From NCBI GenBank assembly GCA_002269645.1, contig NIVC01001912.1, positions 62,001 to 126,000 on the forward strand: DNA of 64,000 nt, given 5' to 3'. Positions 62,693 through 64,000 of the stretch are shown here, one piece after another (the stretch's first letter is position 1; each line of letters starts with the position of its first letter). The DNA is from Macrostomum lignano (lineage: Eukaryota). The translations under genes were made by a program, and so were the position numbers. Under the pieces are notes generated by a model, which was not told the origin of the DNA, did no database searches, and saw only the letters and a program-made list of their open reading frames with translations.

Positions 62693-64000
62693 GCACGAGA
62701 ACGAATTGCCTGCCGAGTTTTTCCCGCAATGCTTTTTTCCCGCAGCACATTTTGAGGAGCATTTGATCGGAGTGGCGGCGGCACGCTGAAAGACATTTAT
62801 ATGCCTACTAGACTACTAGGACTACTAGACTTGAAGGACGCAAGCAACACTTGCAAATCGTGCAAAAATAGTTGAAGGCCGAAGGCCGAATTAAAATGTC
62901 TGCTGTATCTCCGAATCGGTTGCATGTAGAAGGTTCATTTTTTCGCCAGATTGTTGAGATTGTTGACAATTTATAACCTGTAAATTGAAGTGGCTTGCGA
63001 GTGGCAGCAGAATTTTGCAAGCAAACATAGTTGTACCGAGTTTATTTGCTTATAGCTAAACTTATAAACAGCAGTCTGTCCGCCACAAAATTCAGTAGGT
63101 ATGGTAAAACTATATTGAGCAGATTTAATCGTCTGTCGAACAGCGTTGCAAAGTGATAAAACAACAAAAACAAGAAGGAAAATGGAAAAAGTAAACAAGC
63201 AAAACAAGCAAAATGCTTCTATAAATGCCCAAAACGTCTTTTAACGCATTTTGCATTGTAAAAGTGGTAAAAGTGGTGGCTGACCTGGGCATCTCAGTTC
63301 TGGATATCCAAGAGCATCATAGGAGGATAGACAAGTGTGGATCTGCATGGGCCTCAAGTGGTAATTCAAGACCTTCGAAAATCGGCCTTTAACTATTTTT
63401 ACACGAATCGAGTGTTACGTCCATATATAACGAAGTGTTCCTAGTGGTCCTTGTTATATTGGCCCCGCAAACTTTGAATTCAGGCATATGCGTACATCAT
63501 GATGTGGCAACGAACTGCAACTTGGTCTTGCATACGGCTGCCGCGACAGCACTTAACAGCTAGCCAGATTAGTTCTGCTAATGAGAGATTCTTCTTAAAT
63601 TAACAAAGAAAAAATATATAGGTCGTTAACGTTATAATACTGGCATCGAGTTGTGAGTCATTGAAACGCAAATCAAGGTAAAAAGAAAGTTGCGTGCTCC
63701 TACTTTCAGTAGCGCTATTTGCACATTCCGTCCATTAAATCGTAAAACTGTATTTTGTAAGTTATCAGTACAAAATATATAGATTCTTTTACAGAAAAAG
63801 ATTTAGGTTTTAGGTTTTTTTTACTATAAGACGCCTTTTAGACAGGCAATTTACCGTGTTTCTGTACGAATTTTCCAGATTGAGCGCTATTTATGTGTCT
63901 AGACAGTAGATGCTACGAAAACAAGAACTTTTGCTTTGTATATGATTGAGTTTTCTTATTAAAGATGTTGCAAACCTAAAAATTCTTTATCGCTTCTCGG

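Noticed and set aside
63285-63348. Minus-strand segment MQIHTCLSSYDALGYPELRCP with a phase-1 donor, as RIC1 exon 1
   Set aside because: A far better first exon (MYFLSGWP) exists at 51161-51089.

Overview
Eukaryotic (metazoan) genomic DNA with spliced genes. GC-rich exons, Ala/Ser/Gln low-complexity inserts and minisatellite-filled introns resemble a free-living flatworm such as Macrostomum (inference only). I rebuilt eight gene models by hand from GT-AG junctions and frame continuity. These are an OXSR1/STK39-like STE20 kinase (41-4267,+), YPEL5 (7050-7409,+), a divergent SLC6 transporter (10901-18834,+), a secreted Cys-rich antistasin-like protein (21811-23236,-), a helical+ankyrin+CaaX protein (24555-27639,+), a large orphan (29641-33897,+), RSL24D1 (36165-36785,-) and RIC1 (38707-51161,-). 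A full-length Ty3/gypsy LTR retrotransposon (55326-61462) has LTRs that read as identical, a 4-bp TSD and an intact pol. Its gag has an in-frame TAA just before the zinc knuckle, followed by a -1 frameshift signal. Also present are two copies of a tRNA-derived SINE, three families of hAT-like MITE and about 30 tandem arrays, almost every long intron carrying its own private unit. There are no CRISPR arrays, rRNA genes or intact tRNA genes. Coordinates were counted by hand; array boundaries are approximate.
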